A stretch of 18,938 bases of DNA from Candidatus Sumerlaeia bacterium (GCA_033764015.1 JANRJK010000011.1:1-18938); one strand, 5' to 3'; shown: positions 1 to 9,122, counted from the first letter of the stretch. Notes: generated by a model from the letters alone, not told the origin. Numbers and translations: made by a program.

Positions 1-1102
1 CGCCCCCGGCGCGCCCCGGCGCCCCGGCCGCGGCCCCCGCCAGCGCGGCGGACTCGCGCCGCCGCCCCGCGCCCGTCAGGTAGTCCTGCAGCTCCGCGAG
101 GAATCCTCCCCCGTCCCGGTGCCGCGACTGCGGATCCGCCGCCAGCGCGCGCAGGCAGAGCGCCTCCAGCTCCGGCGGCACCGGACGCCCCGGGGCCCGC
201 CGGGAGGGGGGCTCGATCTCACCCCGCGCCGCCGAGTGCAGCGCCGCCATCGCCGTCCTGCCGCGGTGCGGGTAGGTCCCCGTGAGCAGGTAGTACAGCG
301 TTCCGCCCAGCAGGTAGACGTCGGTCCAGGGGCCAAGCCGCGAGGTGTCGCGCCCGGTTTGCTCCGGGGCCATCAGGGCGGGCGTGCCGCTCGGGTTCGC
401 CGCCGTTTCCCGCGTGGTGAGGCCGAGCGAGCGGGCGGCCTCCGCCGCGTCGTCCGCGAGCGGCGCCTCCGGCGTGAAGAACGCGAGCCCCCAATCCATC
501 AGCAGCACTTCGCCGAAGGCCCCCACCATCACCTGCGCCGGCTTCAGGTCCCGGTGCACCACCCCCTTCGCGTGGGCGAAGGCGACCGCCTGCGCCGTGG
601 CGGCGAGGATCGGCAGGTGCTTCGCCAGCAGCTCCTCCGGCGCCAGCGCGGGGAGGTCCTCCGCCAGCAGCCGGTCCCAGGGGCGCCCGTCCACCAGCTT
701 CATCGCGAGCAGCAGGTTGCCCGCGTCGTCGCGCCCGAGGTCGTGGACCGGGACGATGTTGGGATGCTCGAGCAGCGCCGCGAAGGCCGCCTCGCGGCGG
801 AAGGAGTCCTTGCGGTGCTCCCCGCCGGTGTCCTCGCCGGCGGCGGAGCGGGCGCGCTTCACCGCCACCACGCGCCCGAGCGAAACCTGCAGCGCTTCCC
901 AGACCTCGCCCATGCCGCCGCGCCCGATGACGCGGCGAAGCACGTAGCCGCCCGCGTCCGCCGCCGCCCCGGAGGAGGGCCCGCCCGCCGGCTCCGCCAC
1001 GCTCCAGCGCGACAGCAGCGCGCCCGCGTCCGGCGTCGGCGCGTCCACGCCCGCCGACTCCGCGAAGCAGCTCATGGTGGGATCGTCGGGAAACTCGGCC
1101 AC
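1..1102 (-). CDS. Hanks-type Ser/Thr protein kinase (3' end runs off the window)
   Basis: Absent from the ORF track because no stop lies in the window; translated by hand. Motifs: YVLRRVIGRGGMGEVW (Gly loop), VAVK, EAAFAALLEHPNIVPVHD, HRDLKPAQ, MDWGL, GTPALMAPEQ, DVYLLG. Start uncertain: in-frame ATG 1144, GTG 1102 or ATG 1075. Confidence 0.93.
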   Translation of the reverse strand, partial: MAEFPDDPTMSCFAESAGVDAPTPDAGALLSRWSVAEPAGGPSSGAAADAGGYVLRRVIGRGGMGEVWEALQVSLGRVVAVKRARSAAGEDTGGEHRKDSFRREAAFAALLEHPNIVPVHDLGRDDAGNLLLAMKLVDGRPWDRLLAEDLPALAPEELLAKHLPILAATAQAVAFAHAKGVVHRDLKPAQVMVGAFGEVLLMDWGLAFFTPEAPLADDAAEAARSLGLTTRETAANPSGTPALMAPEQTGRDTSRLGPWTDVYLLGGTLYYLLTGTYPHRGRTAMAALHSAARGEIEPPSRRAPGRPVPPELEALCLRALAADPQSRHRDGGGFLAELQDYLTGAGRRRESAALAGAAAGAPGRAGG

Positions 1103-1199
1103 TTCCTCGCCACCGCCCTGGGATCGGACCCGCGGGCGCAGCATCGGAACGCGCCCGCCGCGACGTCAAAGGGGAGATGGGCGCGGGTCCCTGAACGAA

Positions 1200-1234
1200 C
1201 TCCGCCGGGCGGCCTTGCGGCGCGCCCGGCGGAG
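1200..1234 (-). terminator. Hairpin downstream of the LysM gene, possible intrinsic terminator
   Basis: 12-bp stem CTCCGCCGGGCG/CGCCCGGCGGAG enclosing gcc-GCAA-ggc on the minus strand. Only a weak T-tail (TTCGTTC) follows. Confidence 0.45.
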
Positions 1235-1302
1235 CTTCCCGTTCCCGCGCCCCGCGGGGGGCGCCGGAATCCTTCGATGCGGCTGGTCCGGTCCCTGGCG
1301 CC

Positions 1303-1983
1303 TTAGCGCTTCGGGATGTAGAGCGTCTGCCCCTGAAGCAGCTTGGCGCCCTCGGGCAGGCGGTTCGCCTTCATGATGTCCGCGACGCTGACGTTGTAGC
1401 GGCGCGAGATCGCCGCGAGCGTGTCGCCCGAGGCCACCTTGTGGTAGGAGGTGGCGGAGGCGGTCGACTTGCCGGAGGCCTGCTTCGGGCTCAGCGCGGC
1501 GCCGCTCTTCGGCTGCGGCTTCGGCGCGGCCTTCGGCTGCGTCGAGGCCTTGGCGACTTCGGCGCGGGGCTTCGCGGCGGGGGCGGGCTCCGCCGCCTTG
1601 GCCGGGGCGGGCGACGTGTTCGCCGCCGGGGCGGGCGCGGGCGCCGACGCCTTCTGCACGGATGCCGCGGCGACCAGCTTCTGCGCGTTGTCCTCTGAGG
1701 ACTTCAAGCGCTCCTCGAGGGTGTTCAGGCGGTTGATGATCTCCGACGAGCCCGGCGAGTCGGGATTCAGCGCCCGCATCTCCGAAAGCTGGTCCGTCAT
1801 GACGCGAATGTCGGCCGAAATGCTGGTGAGCGACACCTGCATCTGGTCCACATCGCTCTTCATCTGGTCCATCTCCGCGAACTTCTTGCGGATGACGGGG
1901 GAGTTCTCGGGCTTGGCATTGCAACCGGCGAGCAGAACTGCGCCGGCAAGGGAGGCCGTCAGGAACAGGCCGCGGACGCGCAT
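1303..1983 (-). CDS. LysM peptidoglycan-binding lipoprotein
   Basis: AGGAG RBS before ATG 1983; lipobox LLAG-C; coiled-coil segment; Ala/Pro/Lys linker; C-terminal LysM (YHKVASGDTLAAISRRYNVSVADIMKAN...LLQGQTLYIP). Confidence 0.9.
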   Translation of the reverse strand: MRVRGLFLTASLAGAVLLAGCNAKPENSPVIRKKFAEMDQMKSDVDQMQVSLTSISADIRVMTDQLSEMRALNPDSPGSSEIINRLNTLEERLKSSEDNAQKLVAAASVQKASAPAPAPAANTSPAPAKAAEPAPAAKPRAEVAKASTQPKAAPKPQPKSGAALSPKQASGKSTASATSYHKVASGDTLAAISRRYNVSVADIMKANRLPEGAKLLQGQTLYIPKR

Positions 1984-2137
1984 CGGGGCGTTCTCCTGTG
2001 AAGGGAATGGGCCTCGCCGCACGGTGGTTGAACAAGTCAACGGATATCGTCGCGACAGACAGGCAGTGTTCCCAGTGGGCGCGCGCCGCGCTCACAACCG
2101 CAAGAAATTTCGCGGTTGATTTTTATTGAGCGTAAGT

Positions 2138-3547
2138 CTAATAATTCGAGATGTCCAGCCCCGCCTTCACGGGGCGCGGACCGTTCACCGTGTTCGGATA
2201 CCAGAGCGTCAGTTCCGGCGCGCCCATCAGCAGGTGGTCCACCACTTCCACGCCCTGCATCAGCGAATGGTCCTGGTTCGACACCTCGTACTTCCACGCG
2301 CCGAAGCGCCCGCGCGAGTACACCCCGCGCTCCATCAGCGCCGGCAGCAGCTCGCCGAGCGCCGCGTCGCGCCCGAGCGACGGCGTCGGGTAGCCGTGCT
2401 CCAGCCGCTTGCACCACGTCGAAACGATGTCGTCCCGCGTGGCGATCAGCTTCGTGTTCAGCGCGCCCTGGATCACTTCCTCGAAAACCCTGGCGTGGTC
2501 CACCGGCTTGCGCGGCGATTCGGAGACCTCCGCCATCAGCGACCATTGCGACGCCGGGTCCGGCGCGTTGTTCGGCGAGTAGTTCGTGAACACCGTCACG
2601 CGGTAGAACGGGCAGTCGTCCTCCGGGAAGTACATCCAGCACTTCGTCTTGAGGTGCTCCGGCGGCGCGCCGCGCAGGCCGAGGCCGAAGATGTGCGTGC
2701 TGCTGTGGAGCAGGTTCGCCGCCGCCGCGCCGTGCTTCTGCGCGAGGTCGGAGCGCTGGACGAACAGGTCCAGCGGCATCGTGCTCACGAGGTGCTGGTA
2801 CTCCACCGCCTCGCCCCCCGCGAGGTGCAGCCTCTTCGCGGCGGTGTCGATGCGCTCGATGCGCGAGTCGAAGCGCTGGCGCTCCGCGGGGAGCTTCGCG
2901 CTCAGCGCGCGCCACACCGCGCCGGTGCCGCCGCGCTTCGGGAAGCGGAACGTGTTGTTCGGCCCCCAGCTCACATCGTCGCGGGACAGCAGCACGTTCT
3001 CGACGACGCGCTCCAGGTCCACGACGGCGACGCGCTCGCCGACCCAGCCGAACTGCATCTCCTCCGGCGGGTAGGCCCAAACCTTGAAGTTGTACGGGCG
3101 CATGAACACGCGCGCCAGGCCCTCGCCGAAGGTGCGGTCGATCCAGTCGGCGAAGTGCGCCGGCCTTCCCGCGGGCGGGTTCTTGTACAGGCGGATGATG
3201 CCCTTCAGGCACTCGAGGCGCTCCGCCTCCGGCAGCCGCCAGATGTTGTTCTGGAACGGGTAGGGGACGAAGCGCTGGTTGATCCAGACCCAGGACTCGC
3301 GCTCGTGGTGCAGCCACCCGTCGGGCAGCAGCTCGTCCATGAGGCGGTCGAAGTACTTGTAGTGGCTGAACTGCACGTGGCCGCCGAGGTCCCAGGTGAA
3401 GCCGGCGTCGTCGACGATGGACTTGGCGAGGCCCCCCGCCACCGCGTCGGCCTCGAACAGCAGCCAGTCGCGCTCGCCGTGCTCCTCGAGGCGGCGCGCC
3501 GCGCCGAGTCCCGTGGGTCCCGCTCCGATGATGACGAACTTCGGCAT
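2138..3547 (-). CDS. FAD-dependent oxidoreductase, UDP-galactopyranose mutase-like (eukaryotic-type UGM / HemY-like superfamily)
   Basis: GAGPTGLGAA Rossmann motif plus DLGGHVQFSHY, VPYPFQNNI, FMRPYNFKVWA, WVGERVA, WGPNNTFRFP, GYPTPSL and SRGRFGAWKYEVSNQDHSLMQGVE, which resemble fungal and trypanosomatid UGM motifs. Confidence 0.8.
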   Translation of the reverse strand: MPKFVIIGAGPTGLGAARRLEEHGERDWLLFEADAVAGGLAKSIVDDAGFTWDLGGHVQFSHYKYFDRLMDELLPDGWLHHERESWVWINQRFVPYPFQNNIWRLPEAERLECLKGIIRLYKNPPAGRPAHFADWIDRTFGEGLARVFMRPYNFKVWAYPPEEMQFGWVGERVAVVDLERVVENVLLSRDDVSWGPNNTFRFPKRGGTGAVWRALSAKLPAERQRFDSRIERIDTAAKRLHLAGGEAVEYQHLVSTMPLDLFVQRSDLAQKHGAAAANLLHSSTHIFGLGLRGAPPEHLKTKCWMYFPEDDCPFYRVTVFTNYSPNNAPDPASQWSLMAEVSESPRKPVDHARVFEEVIQGALNTKLIATRDDIVSTWCKRLEHGYPTPSLGRDAALGELLPALMERGVYSRGRFGAWKYEVSNQDHSLMQGVEVVDHLLMGAPELTLWYPNTVNGPRPVKAGLDISNY

Positions 3548-3550
3548 GGA

Positions 3551-4936
3551 TCACACCTTGTGGGTCTTCCACTTCCCGGAAAGGAAGCGGTGGAGGAACA
3601 TCGCGGCGTTCAAGGCGAGGTAACCCATCATGCCGAGCCATGCACCGGTACCACCCATGCCCATCGGCAGGGCAAGGATGTAGGCCACAGGCAGGAAGAA
3701 GCCCCACTGCGACACCATGTTCCGCGTCAGCACGAACCGTGTCAGCCCGAGGCCTTGGAGCGCCTTGCCGAGGATCGTGTTGAAGGAGTCGAAGAACTGC
3801 TGGAGCCCGGCGATGAGGAAGAACGTGGAGGAGAGCGCGAGCACCGTGGCGTGCTGCTCCGCGGTGACGCGCGGATCGCCGGCGCGGGCGAGGAACTGCG
3901 AGGCGATCCATTCGCCGCCGAGCGCGTAGAACGCCCCCAGCGCGAACATCCAGCACGCGCCGAGCAGCCAGCACAGGCGCACCGCCGCGTCCGCGCGGGC
4001 GGGCTGCCCCGCGCCGAGCGCCTGCCCCGCCATGGTCGCCGCCGCCGTCCCGAACCCGAGCCCCGGCAGCGTCGAGATGTTGATGAAGAGCAGCGCGATG
4101 TTCGTCGCCACCAGCGTCGCCGCGTGGTCCGGCACCTGCGCCGCGATCACCTGGAACAGGTAGATCGAAAAGTTGCCCAGGATCTGCTGGAAGAAGATCG
4201 GCAGGCCGATCGCCACGATGGAGCGCGCCGCCTGCGCGGTGACGCCGGTCCGGAAGCGCAGCAGCCCGTAGCGCTCGCGCAGCGCCGGACGCGCCAGGTG
4301 CCACAGGAACAGCCCCAGCCCCATCGCCGTCGAGAGCGTCGAGGCCAGGCCCGCCCCGCGCACGCCCAGCGAATGCTCCGCCCCGAGCCCCCCCGTGAAC
4401 GCCCACACCATCGCCAAGTGCGCCACCAGCACCGGCGCGTAGACCCGCAGCGTCACGTCGGGGCGCCCGATCCCGTTGAAGAAGCCGACGATCGACAGGA
4501 TCAGCACCAGCATCGGGATGCTGGGCAGCCGCCAGCGGAAGTACTGGAAGGCGAGGGTGCTGATCTCCGCCCGCTCCGCGACGAAGACCTCCGGACCGAG
4601 GAGCTGGAACACGAGGAACACCGCCGCGCCGCACCCGGCGCCGATCGCGAGCGCCGTGTTGAGCGCGGCGCCCGCGGCGCCGTGGTCGCGCGCGCCGTGG
4701 CGCCGCGACACCACCGCCTGCACCGCGATCTGGAGCGAGTAGAACGCCAGCACCAGCACCAGCGTGAACGTGGCGGCCAGGCTCACGCCGCCGAAGGCGT
4801 CGGTCCCGAGGTGCCGGCCCACGATCAGCAGCTCGACCATCTGCGACGCGGCGACGACGAAATTGGCGACGCTGATCGGCAGGCCGATGCGCACCGCCCG
4901 CCGCAGCAGGCCCGGGACGCGGTGCGGCAGGATCAT
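3551..4936 (-). CDS. MATE family (MOP superfamily) transporter
   Basis: 461 aa, about 12 hydrophobic segments with two-fold internal symmetry; LGVRGAGLAST, GQALGAG, MGGTGAWLG. Stop is 3 nt before the UGM-like start. Confidence 0.9.
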   Translation of the reverse strand: MILPHRVPGLLRRAVRIGLPISVANFVVAASQMVELLIVGRHLGTDAFGGVSLAATFTLVLVLAFYSLQIAVQAVVSRRHGARDHGAAGAALNTALAIGAGCGAAVFLVFQLLGPEVFVAERAEISTLAFQYFRWRLPSIPMLVLILSIVGFFNGIGRPDVTLRVYAPVLVAHLAMVWAFTGGLGAEHSLGVRGAGLASTLSTAMGLGLFLWHLARPALRERYGLLRFRTGVTAQAARSIVAIGLPIFFQQILGNFSIYLFQVIAAQVPDHAATLVATNIALLFINISTLPGLGFGTAAATMAGQALGAGQPARADAAVRLCWLLGACWMFALGAFYALGGEWIASQFLARAGDPRVTAEQHATVLALSSTFFLIAGLQQFFDSFNTILGKALQGLGLTRFVLTRNMVSQWGFFLPVAYILALPMGMGGTGAWLGMMGYLALNAAMFLHRFLSGKWKTHKV

Positions 4937-4973
4937 GGGGCGGCGGCGGCCCCGGTGCCCGGCGCGGGGGCGC

Positions 4974-5390
4974 TCAACGGTCGGCGCGGTGCGCCTTGCG
5001 GACGTTGTCCAGCACGGCGTTCACGAAGCCCGGCGCCTTCTCGTCGCCGTAGCGCTTCGCCAGCTCGACGTACTCGTTGATGGTGGACGCGGGGGGGATG
5101 TCGCGCTCGAAGAGCAGCTCCGCCACGCCGAGGCGCAGCAGCGCGCCCTCCGTCGGCGCGAGGCGTTCGAGGGTCCAGCCCTTCAGAAAGCCGGAGACGC
5201 ACTCCTCGATGCGCGCGCGGTGGTTCTCGACATGGCCGAGGAGGCGCCGCGCCAGGTCGTCCAGCTCGGGGCGCTGGTCCTCGGCGAGCTGGTCCGCGCG
5301 CTGGAGCGCGAGATCGAGCCCATAGCCGGTGAAGAGCTGGGAGAAGACGACGTGGAAGGCGTTTTCGCGTGCTTGGCGGCGGGTGGCCAT
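4974..5390 (-). CDS. nusB: Transcription antitermination factor NusB
   Basis: MATRRQARE N-terminus; GWTLERL...LLRLGVAELL; INEYVELAKRYG; GFVNAVLD. Confidence 0.95.
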   Translation of the reverse strand: MATRRQARENAFHVVFSQLFTGYGLDLALQRADQLAEDQRPELDDLARRLLGHVENHRARIEECVSGFLKGWTLERLAPTEGALLRLGVAELLFERDIPPASTINEYVELAKRYGDEKAPGFVNAVLDNVRKAHRADR

Positions 5391-5484
5391 GGGTTGCGTC
5401 CGGCGGCGGCTGGGGCCCCGCGCGGGGCCAAGCGTGTTTCCATCGCGCCGCCCCCCCGTGCGCCGCAACGGCAAGATTCCCCGT

Positions 5485-6933
5485 TCACTCCGGCGCGAGG
5501 CGCCCGTCGTCCGCGAAGCTGTAGTAGCTGTCCCGCCCCACCACGATGTGGTCCAGCACCCGGACCCCCACCAGCTCGCCCGCCTTCACCAGCCGCCCCG
5601 TGATCAACCGGTCGTCCCGCGAGGGGGCGGGGTCGCCGCTCGGGTGGTTGTGCGCGAAGATCACCGAGGCCGCCGCGTCCCGGATCGCCTCCTTGAACGC
5701 CTCCCGCGGGTGCACCAGCGATTGCGTCAGCGTCCCCTCGGTCACCTTCACCATGCGGATCAGCTGCGACTTCTGGTTCAGCAGCAGCGCCACGAACGCC
5801 TCCTGCTTCTTGCCGAGGAACTCGCCGCGGAGGAACTGGAAGACCGACTTCGAGTCGGAGAAGGTGCCGCTCAGGCGCGGGTCGCGGCGTTCGAGCCGGC
5901 GGGCCAGCTCGAGCGCCGCCTTCACGGTGATCGCCTTGACCGGACCGAGGCCGCGCAGTCGCGAGATCTCCGCCACGCTGGCGTCCGCCACGCGGTCCAG
6001 CGAGCCGAACTTCGCGATCAGCCGGTTGGCGAGCGTCACCGCGTTGTCGCCGCCGCCGCCGGTGCGGAGCAGGATCGCCACCAGCTCCGCGTCCGTGAGC
6101 GACTCGCCGCCGCGCGCCGCGAGCTTCTCGCGCGGGCGGTCCTGCGGGAGCATCGTCGCGGCGAGCGAGCGCGAGGGCTCCGCGGCCGCCTCCGACGCGT
6201 AGCCCGCCTCGAGCAGCGTCCGCGACGCCGGGCACGCCGGCGCCATGGGGCACGACCCGCAGCGCGGACGCGCAAGGCACCAGCCGTTGACTGTGTCAAC
6301 CTTCTCCGCGCCCGTGAACGCGCCCAGCAGCAGGTCCACCGTGTCGAGCGGCGCGGCGGTCAGCTCGGCCAGCTCCGCGAGCGCGCGCGGGCCGTCCTCG
6401 CGCCGCGTCTTCGACGACGGATCGATAAGCCCCATGCGGCCCAGCCACCGGAGCCGCGCGGGATCGGCGGTCGCCGCGGGGTACGGCAGCAGGCGCAGGA
6501 AGCGCACCGCGGCGGCTTCCGGCAGCCCCTTCAGCTGCTTGCGCGCGGCGCGCAGCGCCGCGGCGGGGCCGGCGGCCTCCGCCAGCGCCGCGGGCAGCGC
6601 CGGCGATCCCGCCGCGGCCAGCCACTCGTCGCGCACGGCGGCGAACTGCGCGTCGGTGGGACCGTCCTCGGCGACCGTGCCGGAGCCGTGCGCGCGGGCC
6701 TCCTCGCGCGCGGCCACCAGGGCGCGCAGCCGGCGCCGCGTCGCGGACACCGCGGGGTCCAGCCGCAGGACCGCGGCGGCGAGCAGCACCTGCCGCTCCG
6801 TGGCGGAGTGCCCGCGCCAGTCGCGCTCGGGGCGTTCCGCGAGGTGCCTTGCGATGGTCGGCGATGCGGCGGCCAGCGCCTCCGCGGCGCGGGCCCACGC
6901 GTCCGCCACCGCGAGGCGGCGCTCCGGCGTCAT
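5485..6933 (-). CDS. radC: RadC (JAB/MPN domain) protein with an N-terminal glycosylase-like helical domain and a 4-Cys cluster
   Basis: C-terminal 482 aa of the 1111-aa track ORF. ATG 6933 overlaps the upstream TGA (ATGA). RadC motifs: PREKL...LTDAELVAILLRTG, HhH LRGLGPVKA, HPRE, AHNHPSGDPAPSRDD, VLDHIVVG. CLARPRCGSCPMAPAC precedes the RadC part. Confidence 0.9.
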   Translation of the reverse strand: MTPERRLAVADAWARAAEALAAASPTIARHLAERPERDWRGHSATERQVLLAAAVLRLDPAVSATRRRLRALVAAREEARAHGSGTVAEDGPTDAQFAAVRDEWLAAAGSPALPAALAEAAGPAAALRAARKQLKGLPEAAAVRFLRLLPYPAATADPARLRWLGRMGLIDPSSKTRREDGPRALAELAELTAAPLDTVDLLLGAFTGAEKVDTVNGWCLARPRCGSCPMAPACPASRTLLEAGYASEAAAEPSRSLAATMLPQDRPREKLAARGGESLTDAELVAILLRTGGGGDNAVTLANRLIAKFGSLDRVADASVAEISRLRGLGPVKAITVKAALELARRLERRDPRLSGTFSDSKSVFQFLRGEFLGKKQEAFVALLLNQKSQLIRMVKVTEGTLTQSLVHPREAFKEAIRDAAASVIFAHNHPSGDPAPSRDDRLITGRLVKAGELVGVRVLDHIVVGRDSYYSFADDGRLAPE

Positions 6934-8756
6934 CCCGGGAAGTCGCGCGGGTCGATCCGTCCCGCGAGCGCCAGCTCGCGCAGGCGCGCCGTGCGCGGGG
7001 CCTCGTTCACCCACACCCACTCGTCGATGCGCGACCCGTCCGGCAGGTGCAGGTCCGCGGCCCAGACCGTGCCGCAGCGCCCCGTCTCCGAGCACGACGC
7101 GCAGCCGGTCGCCTCGCTGTAGCCGCCCTCGCGGTCCGCCCAGGAGGGGAGTTCTCCGCGCGCGTGGTCGGGCATCGGCATCGCGCACACGGGGCACAGC
7201 AGCGCCAGCTCCTCGACATGCAGGTAGCCCATCAGGCCGCGGCGCAGCGTCGCGAGGTCGCACCCCGCCGCCGCCAGGCACGCGAGCCCCGCCGCCGAGT
7301 CGCGCACCGTGTACGCGCCGACGCAGGTGATGCCGCGCTGCGCGGTTTCGATCACCGCGCGGAGCACCGTTCCGTTGCTCACCGCCAGGACGCCGAGCAG
7401 GTCCGGCGCCATGAAGCCGGAGTTGGCGAGCGCGGCCAGCTCGAGGTCCGCGGTCGGCACCGTGAGCTGCGTGAGGCCCGGCAGCGACCGCTCCACCGCG
7501 CGCTCGAGCGACACCACCTCGCGCGAGGGGTGCACATGGCGGCGCAGCAGGCTGAAGTAGAAGCGGTGCAGGCTGCGCTCGTTGGGCGCCGTGAGGAACA
7601 GCAGCCCCGCCGCGTTGCCGCCGAGGAAGCGGTCGATTCGCGCCACCGCCTGCGCCGGCAGCGCCAGCGCCCCGAGCGGATCCGCCAGCAGCGGCACGTT
7701 CTCCGGGAAGCGCAGCAGCACCTGCTCGCCGTGCGGCGTCGGGAGGAAGTGGGCGACGCACTGGTGCTGGCCGCGGGCGAGCGGCAGGATGAAGCGGCGC
7801 TCGACCGCTTCGCCGCGGGGCAGTTCGAGCGCGCCGGCCATCTTGCGCGCGCGGTTCACCACTTCCGCGTGGTGGCGCATCGGGTATGCCTGCGCGGGGC
7901 GCCATTCGGTGCCGTAGCGCGCCCGCGCCCGCACCGCCAGCTCCTGCGGCGTCAGCTCCAGCGCCTCCGCGTTCGCCCCCAGCGCGCCGTCGATCAGCGC
8001 CGCCAGCAGCTCGTCCGCCTTCGCCACCGAGTCGGCGCCGGGCGCGTCCGCGTCGCGCACCAGGTACGCGCCGGACGCCATGCGGCGGCGCTCCGCCTCG
8101 TCCAGCAGCGTCGGATCGCTCTCCTCGAAGACCGTCTCCGCGCCGTGCACGCCGGTCTCCATCATCGTCGCGGCGTCGGACTGGGAGCCGTTGATGGTCT
8201 CGGCGGCGGACATGCGCGCGGCGCGCAGCCGCTGCGCCTCCTCGAGGCCGGACTGCGAGGAGTTCTCGTCCCGCGCCCGCGCCCGGTCCTCCGGCGCGAT
8301 CGCCTCGTTGCCGTCCTGCGTGCCGTGGTAGTGGCGCCGGATCGCCTGCTGCAGCTCCCCCGGCTCCGCGATCAGGATCCGCTGCGGCAGCCGCGTGCGC
8401 GCCTTCAGGAAGTCGCACACGAAAACGTCCACCGGGATCGTCATCGCGACGATCAGCTCCGACTCGCCGCGCGAGATCGGCAGTACCCGGTGCTTCGCCG
8501 CCCAGGCCGGCTCGACCAGGCTCAGCGCGTCGTCCTCCGGATGCACCTCGAGCACATCGACGAATTGGTAGCCGTCCTGCTCCGCCATGGCCCGGAACAC
8601 CGCGCGGCTGCTCGCGAAGCCGCCGGAGACGATGGTGTCGTGGAGGAAGCGGCGCTTTCCGGAGTCGTGCGCCTGGACGACCTTCTCGACGTTCACGGGC
8701 GCGAGGGCGCCAAGCTGGACCAGGCGGGCGATCAGTTTCCGGTCGGACGGCTTCAC
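6930..8756 (-). CDS. PilB/GspE-like secretion ATPase homolog with degenerate Walker motifs
   Basis: T2SSE-type N-domain (ALSLVEPAWAAKHRVLPI..LIVAMTIP); HGEQVLLR; motif remnants GLLFLTAPNERS, VVSLERAVERSLPGLTQL and APDLLGV; AQRG; CPVC..CASC Zn motif. Confidence 0.8.
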   Translation of the reverse strand: MKPSDRKLIARLVQLGALAPVNVEKVVQAHDSGKRRFLHDTIVSGGFASSRAVFRAMAEQDGYQFVDVLEVHPEDDALSLVEPAWAAKHRVLPISRGESELIVAMTIPVDVFVCDFLKARTRLPQRILIAEPGELQQAIRRHYHGTQDGNEAIAPEDRARARDENSSQSGLEEAQRLRAARMSAAETINGSQSDAATMMETGVHGAETVFEESDPTLLDEAERRRMASGAYLVRDADAPGADSVAKADELLAALIDGALGANAEALELTPQELAVRARARYGTEWRPAQAYPMRHHAEVVNRARKMAGALELPRGEAVERRFILPLARGQHQCVAHFLPTPHGEQVLLRFPENVPLLADPLGALALPAQAVARIDRFLGGNAAGLLFLTAPNERSLHRFYFSLLRRHVHPSREVVSLERAVERSLPGLTQLTVPTADLELAALANSGFMAPDLLGVLAVSNGTVLRAVIETAQRGITCVGAYTVRDSAAGLACLAAAGCDLATLRRGLMGYLHVEELALLCPVCAMPMPDHARGELPSWADREGGYSEATGCASCSETGRCGTVWAADLHLPDGSRIDEWVWVNEAPRTARLRELALAGRIDPRDFPG

Positions 8757-9122
8757 GCGGCGGCGCTCCGGTTCCCCCGGCGCGCTCGCGCGCGCCCGGC
8801 CCTTCGATTCGAGCGATCAAGGCAGGCCCGGCCCCGGGCGGTCAACAGGACGGTGCGGCGGACGCGGCGGCGCGGGCGAGGGCGGCCGCGCCGGTCCGGC
8901 ACGCCGCCACAGGAGTTCGGCGCCGGTTCCCTCCGCCTCCGCGGATTCCCCATCGGGGCCGCATGCGTGCGGCCCGGCGTCGAGCCGCGGCGCGACCTTC
9001 AGTGCGGGCACGTCCAGCGCCACGCGGCGCCTCGGCGCGTCGGGCTTGAGCGGCACCTCGCGCGTCTCGGGATCGGCGGGCTTGCACCAATTGTCGAAGG
9101 CCTGGGGGCTGACGCCGTCTTG

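Noticed and set aside
1..45. Short CGCCCCGG-like repeats
   Set aside because: Low-complexity Ala/Gly/Pro coding sequence within the kinase gene.
2037..5080. Long overlapping ORFs 2037-4634 (-) and 2126-5080 (+)
   Set aside because: Shadow frames caused by high GC; they overlap well-supported genes and have R/G/A/P-biased composition.
5485..8820. 1111-aa ORF as one giant RadC fusion
   Set aside because: The first ~629 codons are Arg/Gly/Ala-rich shadow of the PilB-like gene in another frame; the plausible start is ATG 6933 at the ATGA overlap.
8840..8921. attC-like site (GGTCAAC ... GTTCGGC with internal stems)
   Set aside because: The two core boxes are poorly complementary beyond AAC/GTT, the L boxes do not pair cleanly, hairpins are expected at this GC content, and no integron integrase is present.
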